Assembly: GCA_012295275.1 (NCBI GenBank) | Contig: CM022666.1 | Location: forward strand, 5,270,001-5,334,000 | Reading direction: 5' to 3' | Length of the DNA: 64,000 bases | Source: Chrysomallon squamiferum | Lineage: Eukaryota; Animalia; Mollusca | Part shown: positions 12,328-24,323 of the stretch, piece by piece | Layout of the letters: each line of letters starts with the position of its first letter | Numbering within the stretch: the stretch's first letter is position 1 | Translations under genes and position numbers: made by a program | The notes under the pieces: generated by a model | The model's input: only the letters and a program-made list of their open reading frames with translations | Told to the model about the DNA's origin: nothing | Database searches by the model: none

Positions 12328-14205
12328 ATGGTACCAGTTCGTCTTGTCATTGCCATTCCTCTTCTGGTACTAAACTTGATACTCATCATTGTCATTGCAT
12401 CTGTAACATTAAACAAATTTCTGAACAGAGAAACCAGCTTGTTGTTTGACAAGGAACTGTGTGTGAAAATCTCGTGCAAACCAGGAGAAAACTGTTGTGA
12501 TGACAAATCTACGACCAGAACCAGGAACAATACCACGTATTGCTGTTACAGAGATGGAGAAAAAGTGATCAGTGAAATTATGAAAAAGGTAAATTCTGTA
12601 TTTAATTCTAAAAACTTATATTCCATAAATGCATTAACTGGAAAAAAAAAATGTTTCCTGTAGATATGAAATTAAGAAAGAGGGTAATTCTCTATAAAAA
12701 TAATAAAAAGTTAAATTCTTTATAAATGAAATAATAATATTTGAATTATGAAAAGGAGAAATTAATAGTGTTGAAAAATATTTATAAATTTAAAATTGAT
12801 TATTGTGGACTAATTTCAAACCGGTTATTAACATTCTTTTTAGAAACTGAGTGAAAGTCAGACAAAAGCTGAGAAAAGTGGTAAGTTAATACAGACACAC
12901 ATACACACACACAGACATTCGTAAAAAGACAAAGTCGCAGAAACACAGACACACACAAGAAAAGTCATGAACATATACATACAGAAACACACAGACAGAC
13001 AAACATTCAGAAAAGACCCACACACAAACAGACACAATGAGGCACACATATTTAAATATCTACAATTTTTTTTTATAATTATTAATTTGTATGTACATAT
13101 TTGTGTACTGTCTATGCATGTAAACATGTACAAGTATATATTTATATGTGTGTGTGAGTGTGTGTGTCTCTTTCAGATGTCGCGGATCTTTTGAATTTAG
13201 ATAATGAAAACATTGTGTACGAATCTATGTATGTATGAATCTATATATTTATACAGTATCAGTAGTCTACATGTGTCTGTATATATATATATATATATAT
13301 ATTTCAGAACAGAAACTTAAACAGATCAGAGAGGTCGCCTACAATCTGAATAATAAAAACTATGTGAAGACATCGGCTCATCTACAAATGGAACTGAATG
13401 CAACATATGACAAAGGTAAGAAAACAAATAGTAGTAGTAGTAATAGTAGTATTAGAGTAGTAGTAATAGTAATAGAATAGTAGTATTAGTAGCAGAGTAA
13501 TTTTACTCTGTAAAAAAGGTGATTTGGTAATAAATGTGGTAGTAGTAAAATAGAAGTAATAGTAGTAGTTGCTCTGGTAAAAGTAGTTGTAGTAGTAATC
13601 ACATAGCTATTAGTAGTGGTTAGGAAATAATAGAAGAAATTGTGATAACATTAATATTAGCACGTTAGTAGCAAAAATATCAATGACGGTACTAAAGTAG
13701 TTAATAGCAGTAGGTTGTAGTAGTTGTAGTTAATATTACTAATATATTTCTATAACTGTTGACAATTTAAAATAGAAATATTATTTAAAAATCATTTGTT
13801 CTTTCAAACATTTCAGACAACCCAAAGCCTTTGATCAAATGGACGTCGTCTGGAAAAAGATCCTTTGTAAAAGGAGCTGCAGCTGTTGTCGCTGACGGGA
13901 TTCAAGTCAAACACTCTGCTTACTACTTCATATACAGCAACGTTTTATTCCATGCCAACCAACTCAGAGAGCTAGGATACGCTAGGCTGTGTCACTCAAT
14001 TGAAAAATATCCAAATTATGAAGTTCTCTACAGAAATCCTCAAACAACATGCAAAGTAGGAAGAGACAAGGAAGGTTTTGTTGCTTCCTACATTGGAGCT
14101 GTTTACTACCTGAAAGCCAATGACACTGTAGTGGTAAGAACATCAGTTGTGAACAGAATTTTGAGAGATCCTGAGACAACCTACTTTGGCCTGTATATGC
14201 TGTAA
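12328..14205 (+). CDS. TNF superfamily ligand (TRAIL/Eiger-like, type II membrane), copy 1, 264 aa
   Basis: Exons 12328-12588, 12844-12880, 13308-13415, 13817-14205, all GT-AG with phases 0/1/1. N-terminal TM helix, Cys-rich stalk, and TNF homology domain (SAHL, IKW, GIQV..AYYFIYSNVLF, SYIGAVYYL..ND, TYFGLYML). Confidence 0.93.
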
Positions 14206-16051
14206 AAACTGTTTCGAGAGGCCTCAATTGTAACTGTTAAAATATAATTTTCTGTATTACTTTTTTTGAGATTGCTTGTTTGTGATTTTAATATATATTT
14301 TAAAATATAATTTATACTATTTTCCTCAACGAAGCAGCCCTAATTCATCATCTTATACTGAAAATTGCTCTAATACTAGTGTTTTTAATTATTGCATATT
14401 ATTGTTATTACTTTATTACTTTATTTATTTATTTGTTTATTTTTCTAATTGTAAATAGGTATTTTATTTATAAAATTATTTTACTGTCGCTTCTTTTTTT
14501 AGGGTTTTGTATCAGTTTTTACTAAAGAACTTTTTTGTCTGAAGTAAGATAATTTATTATTAAAACAGATATAATAATAATAATCAGATAAAGATTTAAT
14601 TCGATTTAATGGTGTGGTTTTTTTTTGTGTTTTTTTAAAAATAAAGTTGGTATATTTAACATTTTGTATTTATTTTTATACTTCTTACATTAATAATTAA
14701 TTACGCTATTGGAATATGGTTTAATATGTTGTTTTTTATAATTGTAATACATTTTTTTAGACTTTTTGTCGACACATGTATTTTGAATAACAGTATATTA
14801 ACAATTTGAGGAATAAATATTTCTTCGGAGGGAGTCCCAGAAATAGCTTTAAGAATTTTGGAGAATAAATATCCCTATTTTAACACACGGAATCGAAAGT
14901 TAATGAGGTTGTTGTTGTTGATAATGAACTCAAATATCATTCTAAATTTTTAAAAATGAAATGCTAGATCGGTTCCTTAACAAAACAATAACTAGGTCAT
15001 AACTGCCATTTTCAAATAAAAAGCATACGGTTATAAGGTTATTTAAGAAATATGTGTTTGTGTGTTTCTTTAGATTAAGGTTTCTGATAAGTAATAACTA
15101 AAATTCTTCAAGAAATGAGATTTCCATGCAGTCTATAAATAGTTTGTCATAAACAAAAGGTCCGGATGGGAACATTGCTCATCATAAAAAAAAAAAAAAT
15201 CCTGATAAAATTCCATTAATCAACATTTTCACCACAGATTAAACATACGAGTAAGATCTGCTTTGGAGAAAGTGAACATTTTTCTCTCTCTCTCTCTCTT
15301 CGGTAAAAATACCATTTCTATAAAAATACTGAAGACTTGGTTTGTTATTATTGATATCAACATGATTGACACCGGCTGCTGCCCTTGTGTTTTATCAAAT
15401 AATTAGAAAGACAAAACACCCATAACAATTAATACTTGAAAAACTTGATGTGTTCAGTATGAATATGATCCGTGTATGTATTTCCTTTAAACTGCAGATG
15501 TATATTCAACAGTCTGACATATAAATAATTTCAAATTTATAAAAGTAGTAAGATCAGTTTCTAATTTATTCATCTGATTATATGAGGAAAAACAAATAAT
15601 AATAAAAAACATTTTCCTTGTGGAATGAGCGATCAGTTGACAAAACCATGCTGTCTGACCAGGACTGATTTGTACCACTGGATCCTGAGAGTCATGAATA
15701 ATAACAAGTAATAGATAATTTTGTGTTACTTGCCTCCAATAACAAGCTGCATTTTCAGAGAACAAAATATTTTCACTGAGGGGCTGATAGTGTCCACGCC
15801 CTCTAAACCCAGCTGACCTTAGCGTCTTCCTGGTTCCTTAAATCCATGTCGATGATTGCTGGAAACCAGGAGTTTCACTAAATAGTTTGCTTTTTGTTGA
15901 ACATTTTTTTTAAACAAATTTTAAAAAGGTTGTCTAATTTCTTTTTCTTCTTTTTTTGTTGTTGTTTTCTTTTCTGTTTAGCTACATTTTGGATTCCAGA
16001 TTTAACATTGCAGTAATCATGTAATAGTGAAATTTATGCAGTGTTTTAATA

Positions 16052-16092
<41 letters not shown>

Positions 16093-16288
16093 GATTTATT
16101 ATTAAAAATGTTCAGTATTACATGTTACACATTTTAGAAACTTGTTTTTGAATCAGACAACCTACTCTGGTCTGTTCATACTTTGAGGAGATAATCTCAG
16201 CCATGCTTTAATATACTTAACCCCCCCCTCCAGAATTCCTTTAGAGATTATGAAACTGATTTTTGAGTTGTGTGTTTGTTTCTGATTT

Positions 16289-16332
<44 letters not shown>

Positions 16333-16370
16333 TTTTGGAAATAGATTTGTTAAATTAAATGAAAATGTTG

Positions 16371-16412
<42 letters not shown>

Positions 16413-16670
16413 TTGTTTGTTTATAATTATTATTGTTGTTGTTATTGCTATTTATTTATTTATTTATTTGTTTGTTTATTTATGTATTTTGTCCATATAA
16501 ACAGAGATTATATTTTTGTCAATTAACACATAAACAGACATATTTACCCATTCATATATTTATTATTTAAAACGTTTCTGATACTCAAATAAGATTCTTT
16601 AGACAGTTGTCAGTATTTCAAATAACAACATATTAACATTATGGTGTTGGCTTGTTTTTTTCACCTTGAG

Positions 16671-17085
16671 GATTTCCGAGAAGTAATGAATATTAATTTA
16701 CTTCGGGAACTGGGATTTCCATCCTAGCTATAAATAGTTGTCAGTCAAGCGTATTACTATTAGACGGATTGTATGAATGGATGTTTATTGTTATAAATAA
16801 ATACATTTGCTGTTGTTGTTGTTGAATGAGTTTATCCATGAACTGAACGAACATCTGCTATAAAGTTTATTTATTTATTTATTTATTTATTATGCATTCA
16901 TACTTTGTGAATCCGTCTATCAGTAATACGGCTGAGGTAACATCTATTTATACCTTGGGTGGAAAGATCAATATCTTATTATTTCTCGGAAATCTTAGTA
17001 GCCAATAAAAAGTGAACACATTAGAATATAATACGTTTTCTTCAAAGTCTCGAGTGTGAACTCAGCGGCAGCCTAATTTAGGTCA
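16671..17085 (+). promoter_or_regulatory. Putative promoter of B-position TNF genes: STAT (GAS) sites, kB-like site, CCAAT, and non-coding exon 1
   Basis: TTCCGAGAA at 16674-16682, GGGATTTCC at 16712-16720, TTCTCGGAA at 16983-16991, CCAAT at 17002, and a donor at 17082 or 17086. Conserved on - at about 23615-24030 and 51155-51570. Confidence 0.5.
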
Positions 17086-18082
17086 GTAAGTAAATGTTTT
17101 ACTTATTTCATAGGTTTTGTATATTTGTTTAAAATTATTATTTCGAGGATGATGCAATGTCAGCAAAGAGAACACATATCCAGAATGAGGCCATGAGATC
17201 GCCTACAAATGTTTTGTTTTCATCCGAGTAAAATTTTCTAGAGAAATGTTTCTAAAACAAGGCGATCTGCCTACGAAGGTGATTAAATGTGTTATTCAAA
17301 CTTTGACAGTAGTTTAGTCAAGGTATTTTCCTTCTTGCTTGTGAAATCTGATCTCCGCTGGTTTACGAGAACATCAAACTTTCCGCCATTAAGCCCTACC
17401 CGAGTTCACCGGGTGTTGTTGATCGTTTTTACGTTTTTCAGAATAAAAACACATTTTAGTGATTTAATAATATCATCATAGGTTATATACATTCATAGTT
17501 CGAGCGCGAACTGTTTTCCAACTTCTTGGAAAAATAAGATGATTTGGCAGTAGAGACTTCAAACAAGCCATCATCGTCTTGGTTAGCCACCTGATCAAAA
17601 TCCTGCCACTTGATTGGATGTTTATTCCACGTCAGGGCACTGAATGTTTATTGCGCGTTTCGACACATTATGCTGCCTCGAGCTGTTTTTCTCTTACTTT
17701 TATAAATTGTTTTCTGAAAATTGATAAATCAAGCCTCGCATTTTATTATTATTATTATTATTTGATATCACATAGGTATATTATCGATGTAAATATATCT
17801 TGGTATTATCTATTTTAATTTTTTTTTCTTTGAAAGAATGTTATATAGAAATATATGTACGTGTGTTTATTGTGTATGAATTTGTCTTGGAAAAAGTTAT
17901 TTTATTTATTTATTTAACCATTCTTTAAACAAAAATTATTTCCGTGTATACAAATTAATTTTGTTGTTGTTTTTGTGTGCAGGAATAATGTTATATATAA
18001 GTGTGTATATTGTATGTGTGTATTTATCTTGGTATTATTTATTACTACTCAAAACTGTTTTACTTATGGTCCTGTTTTACAG

Positions 18083-18243
18083 ACCACTTCTAAAGGAACT
18101 GAAAGTTGTTACACAAAAATGGTACCAATTCTTCCAGTCATTGCCATTTCTCTTATGGTACTAAACTTGATACTCATCATTTCCATTGCATCTGTAACAT
18201 TAAACGAATTTCTGAACAGAGAAACCAACTTGATGTTTGATGC
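18083..18243 (+). pseudogene. TNF-ligand copy 2, first coding exon only, broken just before an assembly gap
   Basis: Acceptor ttttacag|18083, ATG at 18119, reading MVPILPVIAISLMVLNLILIISIASVTLNEFLNRETNLMFDA*. It could be an intact gene lost in the gap. Confidence 0.7.
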
Positions 18244-18297
18244 TTGAGTTCACCGAGTGCTGTTGTTCGTTGTTAAAAGCCACAATAAAAAACACAA

Positions 18298-18497
18298 NNN
18301 NNNNNNNNNNNNNNNNNNNNNNNNNNNNNNNNNNNNNNNNNNNNNNNNNNNNNNNNNNNNNNNNNNNNNNNNNNNNNNNNNNNNNNNNNNNNNNNNNNNN
18401 NNNNNNNNNNNNNNNNNNNNNNNNNNNNNNNNNNNNNNNNNNNNNNNNNNNNNNNNNNNNNNNNNNNNNNNNNNNNNNNNNNNNNNNNNNNNNNNNN
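18298..18497. other. Assembly gap (200 N)
   Basis: Run of N. Confidence 1.
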
Positions 18498-19392
18498 ATT
18501 ATTATTATATCTGTTTCAATAATAAATTAATACTTCAGAGATAAAAGTTCTTTATTAAAACCTGATGCAAAACAATGAAAAAGAAGAGACAATAAATTAT
18601 TTAATAAATAAAATGAATTAACCAAACAAAATCTATTGGGATGCGGTTCATAACTAATTGAAATTTATTGGAGAGGCATCGAAAAACTTGTTGATCGTTG
18701 GAAAGAATGATCAATAATAAGAGAGAATGCATTACTGATTAAATTACATCTTGTTACCAATTAAGCTCAAGTTTTCTTCTATGTAATGATTACATCAATT
18801 TTAACCACAATGGCTTATTCCTCAATACTTATTGTTAGAAACATAAATAAATAATCTCAAGATACACACACACACACACGCGCACACACACACACACATT
18901 TTAAAAATATAGTGTTATGATTGCATCCGTTCTATTGCAAATGTTAGGAACCCGACTAGCATTTCATTTTTTTTTTAAAGTAAATCTATTTATTTATAGC
19001 AATAATAATTCATTCATAAGAATAACAACAGTCTCTTAGTAAAATTGTGAAACTGAATTTATAATAGTATTAACAATCTATTGTAATGCTGTAATATTGC
19101 ATTGATAATAATAATAGCAGTCTATTAGTAATACTGTAATATTGCATTAGTATTAATACGTTGTTATTCAAAATACTGGCAAGAATTCAATTAGAGTATC
19201 AAAAATGTTTAAATAATAAAAGTGTGTATGTGTGTGTGTGTGTGTGTGTGTGCAAAATGATAATAAGTAAAGTAATAAAGTAATAGTAATAATAAAAATA
19301 ATTTGCAATAATTCAAAACAATAGTATCACAACCATTTTCTTTTGTTTTATAATTCCACTGAAGACTATAAAGGCTGATCCAATCACAAACA

Positions 19393-19438
<46 letters not shown>

Positions 19439-19610
19439 CCCCCGCTGAAGACTATAAAGGAAGACGAAAGAATGCCTACTATAAACGTTTCATGAAAAAG
19501 TTATAATAAAATAGTAGTTTAACGTACGCATGTCCCTGACTACTGTCTTTCTATCACAGCTCAAACAAATTATATATCAACAGTTATAATTGATGCCTCT
19601 CGAAACAGTT

Positions 19611-21539
19611 TTACAGCATATACAGACCAAAGTAGGTTGTCTCAGGATCTCTCAAAATTCTGTTCACAACTGATGTTCTCACCACTACAGTGTCATTGGC
19701 TTTCAGGTAGTAAACAGCTCCAATGTAGGAAACAACAAAACCTTCCTGGTGTCTTCGTACTTTGCATGTTGTTTGAGGATTTCTGTAGATGACATCATAA
19801 TTTGGATATTTTTCAATTGAGTGACACAGCCTAGCATATTCAAGCTCTCTGACTTGGTTGGCATGGAATAAAACGTTGCTGTATACGAAGTAGTAAGCAG
19901 TTTCTTTGACTTGAATCCCCTCAGCGACAACAGCAGCAGCTCCTTTTACAAAAGATCTTTCACCAGACGACGTCCATTTGATGAGAGGCTTCGGTGTGTC
20001 TGAAAAGTTTGTAAGAATAAATGATGTTTATAACTACTACAAACTGCTGCTATTAACTACTTTACTATCATCACTGATATTATCACTGCTAACATGCTAA
20101 TACTATTGTTATAAGAATTACTACTAATATTTCCTAACCACTACTAATGACTAAGTGATAACTACTACGACTACTTTTTCCAGACCATCTTTTTAAGTAA
20201 CTATTACTATTACTTCTATTTTACTACTACTACGTTTATTATCAAATCACCTCTTTTAACTGAGTACTACTACTCTACTACGACTGCTACTACTACTGCT
20301 ACTACTATTGTCATTACTACTACAACTCTACTACTACTAGTACTACTCCTCTACTACTACTACTACTACTACTACTACTATTACTACTACTACTACAACT
20401 AATATCTGTTTTATTACTTTTGTCATATGTTGCATTCACTTCCATTTGTAGATGAGCCGATGTCTTCACATTGTTTTTATTATTCAGACGATCAGCGACC
20501 TCTCTGATCTGTTTAAGTTTCTGTTCTGCAATATGTATACAGACACTCATACACAAACACACACAAACATATATATATATATATATACATTGATACCTGT
20601 ATAAATACATAGATACATATGTACATAGACTCGTACACATATTTATATAACCTAAATTCAGAACATCAGCGACATATCTGATCTGCTTAAGTTTTTGTTC
20701 TGAAACACACACACACACACACACACACACACGTATACATGTATATGTACATACACTCGTACACACATACGCACATACATACATACAAATACATAATTAT
20801 AATAACTTTTGTAGATATTTAAATATGTGTGTTTGTGTTAACTTACCACTTTTCTCAGCTTTTGTTTGACTTTCAATCAGTTTCTAAAAAGAATATTATT
20901 AACCAGTTTGATGTTTATCCACAATAATCACTTCTAAATTCAAAAATATTTTTTAGGACAATGAATTTCCCCTTTTCATAACGCCAATATTATTAAATGT
21001 AGTTGAATCTTTTTTTATAATGAATAAATTTAACGTTTTAATATCCTTATATAGAATTTATCTCTATCTTAATTTCATATCTACATAAAACCTTTTTCTT
21101 TTTGTCTCTCTTTTTTCTTTTTCTATTTATAATGAACTTAAATTTGTTTTATTTTTATACAGAACTTGCCTATTTCTTAATTTCATACCCAAATTGTATT
21201 TTTAAATTATTTTTTGAACTTTTATTTTGTATAAAATGTATTTATGGAATTTTTCTCAGATTTTAATAAATTATTTACCTTTTCCATAATTTCTCTGATC
21301 ACTTTCTCTCCATCACTGTAACAGCAATAAATGATATTGTTCCTGGTTCTCTTCGTAGATTTGTCATCACAACAGTTTTCTCCTCGTTTGCACGAGATTT
21401 TCACACACAGTTCCTCCTCAACCAAGATATTGCTTTCACTATTGGGAACTTTTTTTAATGTTACAGATACAATGAAACTGATGAGTATCAAGCTTAGCAT
21501 CATAAGAGAAATGACAAGGACTGCACGAATTGGTACCAT
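19611..21539 (-). CDS. TNF superfamily ligand, copy 3, 264 aa
   Basis: Exons 21539-21279, 20883-20847, 20525-20418, 19999-19611. The last exon was translated manually and is open (NTPKPLIKW...TYFGLYML*). The ORF track misses it because there is no early start codon. Confidence 0.92.
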
Positions 21540-21867
21540 TTTGTGTAACAACTTTTAATTCCTTTAGCTGTAAAACACAACCATAAGAAAAACAGTTGTG
21601 AGTAGTAATAAATAATACCAAGATAAATACGCAAATACAATATACACATTTATATATATAACATTATTCCAGCAAAAAAATTAAAATATACACAGAAATA
21701 AAACATTTTTAACGAATGGTTAAATAAATAAATAACATAATAACTATTACCAAGACAAATTCACTCACAATATACACACGTACATATATTTCTATAAAAC
21801 ATTATTTCAAAGAAAAAAATATAATACCAAGATATATTTATATCGATAATATACCCATGTGATATCA

Positions 21868-21910
<43 letters not shown>

Positions 21911-22018
21911 TGCGAGGCTTGATTTATCAATTTTCAGTGGATGTCTTGTATATAAATACTCTGAATATAAACACTCACCACTGAAATCCAATATGACAGC
22001 TCAGCTATGTCTAATGGT

Positions 22019-22784
22019 TAGGGTTTGCAAATTACCTATATCATCAATACCGGTAAGTTACCGACAGATATTCTCGATACCGGTTTTCACCGGTTTTAGT
22101 TAGTTTATGCCTAGGAAAAGCTACTTACGGAGCGCTTTTGTGGACACTGTTTTTCTTACATATACTCATTTTATTTATTATTTGACACTCATCTGACAAC
22201 ATTATTCCTTATCCTCCTTTTCCTACCTGTCTTCAGATTAAATCGTGAAGTGAACCTTTATAGAACTTAAAATGGGTATAAAAGGTATATAAGAAATGTA
22301 CATGCAATAAAAAAAACCAAGAATAAATGTGGATTCGAATTTTATAAAAAGGAAACAAGGAAATTACGTATATTATCCAAAATGTACATCATATGTTTTG
22401 CAACTTTTGAGAAGTTCTGATTCATTCCTCGATACTCGAGAACTATGACTTTAAAATAACAAAACATCTAGTGTCTTGTATGACAACCGAGAAGCAGGAG
22501 CCAATCCCTTATCACTAGTCGCCAAAATGACTTGGCATGGCACACATGTCAGCAATCAAACAGGTAAACGTGGAACATTAAACAGGCGAGCTTCGAACTC
22601 GCATCTGAAGGCAAGCTAGCAACACCCGAGTAACTAACATAATCTTATGATAACAACTAACATATTTCTTAACATAAACTCGTTAAAAGTTAGAAAACCG
22701 GAATCGGTGCTTCGGTAACGTTATTACCCATCAATTACTAAAACCTGTATTTACAGGTATTTAAATACCGGTTTTCGAACCCTA
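22019..22784. mobile_element. Non-autonomous hAT-type element (766 bp)
   Basis: Termini TAGGGTTTGCAAA...TTTTCGAACCCTA and 8-bp TSD ctaatggt/ctaatgga. Empty paralogous sites at about 5735-5750 and 56435-56450. Confidence 0.85.
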
Positions 22785-24292
22785 CTAATGGAGCAGATAA
22801 TCCTCCTGATGAAGACCTTGGTGTCTGATGAGTGTAAAGAGGAGAGGTTTTCATCCGAAATTATTTATATCACTTGAAAGACGTGGAAATTTAAAAATAA
22901 TGATAATAATAATAATAAAAATTAAAAAAAACATTTCTCAACACAAATGTTTGGGAAAAAGTGTGACGGTACATTGGCAATCAAAGATATAACTTTCTAA
23001 AAATGAAAACAATGTATAAAAGTAAGAGAAAAACAGCTCGAGGTAACATAATGTGTCAAAACGCGCAATAAACATTCTGTGCCCTGAAGTGGAATAAACA
23101 TCCAATCAAGTGGCAGTATTTTGATCAGGTGACTAACCAAGACGATGGTGGCTTGTTTGAAGTCTCTACTGCCAAATCATCTTATTTTTCCAAGAAGTTG
23201 GAAAACAGTTCGCGCTCGAACTATTAATATATATATAACCTATGATGATATTATTAAATCACTAAAATGTGTTTTTATTCTGAAAAACTTAAAAACGAAC
23301 AACAGCACTCGGTGAACTCGGGCAGGGCTTAATGGCGGAAAGTTCGATGTTCTCGTAAACCAGCGGAGATCAGATTTGACAAGCAAGAAGGAAAATACCT
23401 TGACTAAAGTACTGTCAAAGTTCGAATAACACATTTAATCGCCTTGTTTTAGAAACATTTCTCTAGAAAATTTTACTCGGATGGAAACAAAACATTTGTA
23501 GGCGATCTCATAGCCTCATTCTGGATATGTGCTCTCTTTGCTGACATTGCATCATCCTCGAAATAATAATTTTAAACAAATATACAAAACCTATGAAATA
23601 AGTAAAACATTAACTTACTGACCTAAATTAGGCTGCCGCTGAGTTCACACTCGAGACTTTGAAGTAAAACGTATTATATTCTAATGTGTTCACTTTTTAT
23701 TGGCTACTAAGATTTCCGAGAAATAATAAGGTATTGATCTTTCCACCCAAGGTATAAATAGATGTTACCTCAGCCGTATTACTAATAGACGGATTCACAA
23801 AGTATGAATGCACAATAAATAAATAAATAAATAAACTTTATAGTAGATGTTCGTTCAGTTCATCGATAAACTCATTCAAGAACAACAACAACAACTGTAT
23901 TTATTTATAACAATAAACATCCATTCATACAATCCGCCTATTAGTAATACGGTTGACTGACAACTATTTATAGCTAGGGTGGAAAACCCAGTTCCCGAAG
24001 TAAATTAATATTCATTACTTCTCGGAAATCCTCAAGGTGAAAAAAAAACAAGCCAACAACACAACGTTAATATGTTGTTATTTGAAATACTGGCAACTGT
24101 CTAAAGAATCTTATTTGAGTATCAGAAACGTTTTAAATAATAAATATATGAATGGGTAAATATGTCTGTTTATGTGTTAATTGACAAAAATATAATCTCT
24201 GTTTATATGGACAAAATACATAAATAAACAAATAAATAAATAAATAAATAAATAGCAATAACAACACCAATAATAATTATAAAGAAACAAAT

Positions 24293-24323
<31 letters not shown>

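Noticed and set aside
12294-12536. Antisense and alternative-frame ORFs over the TNF exons (also 13982-14227, 19703-19930, 21331-21558)
   Set aside because: They are shadows of the real coding exons.
15487-15765. ORF recurring in three spacers (also 24982-25173, 52434-52712)
   Set aside because: Recurrence is explained by recent segmental duplication. Starts are non-ATG and inconsistent, and no domain is recognisable.
17287-17481. MCYSNFDS... ORF in several copies
   Set aside because: It lies in duplicated intron-1 sequence, is frameshifted in the 50.8 kb copy, and has no recognisable protein features.
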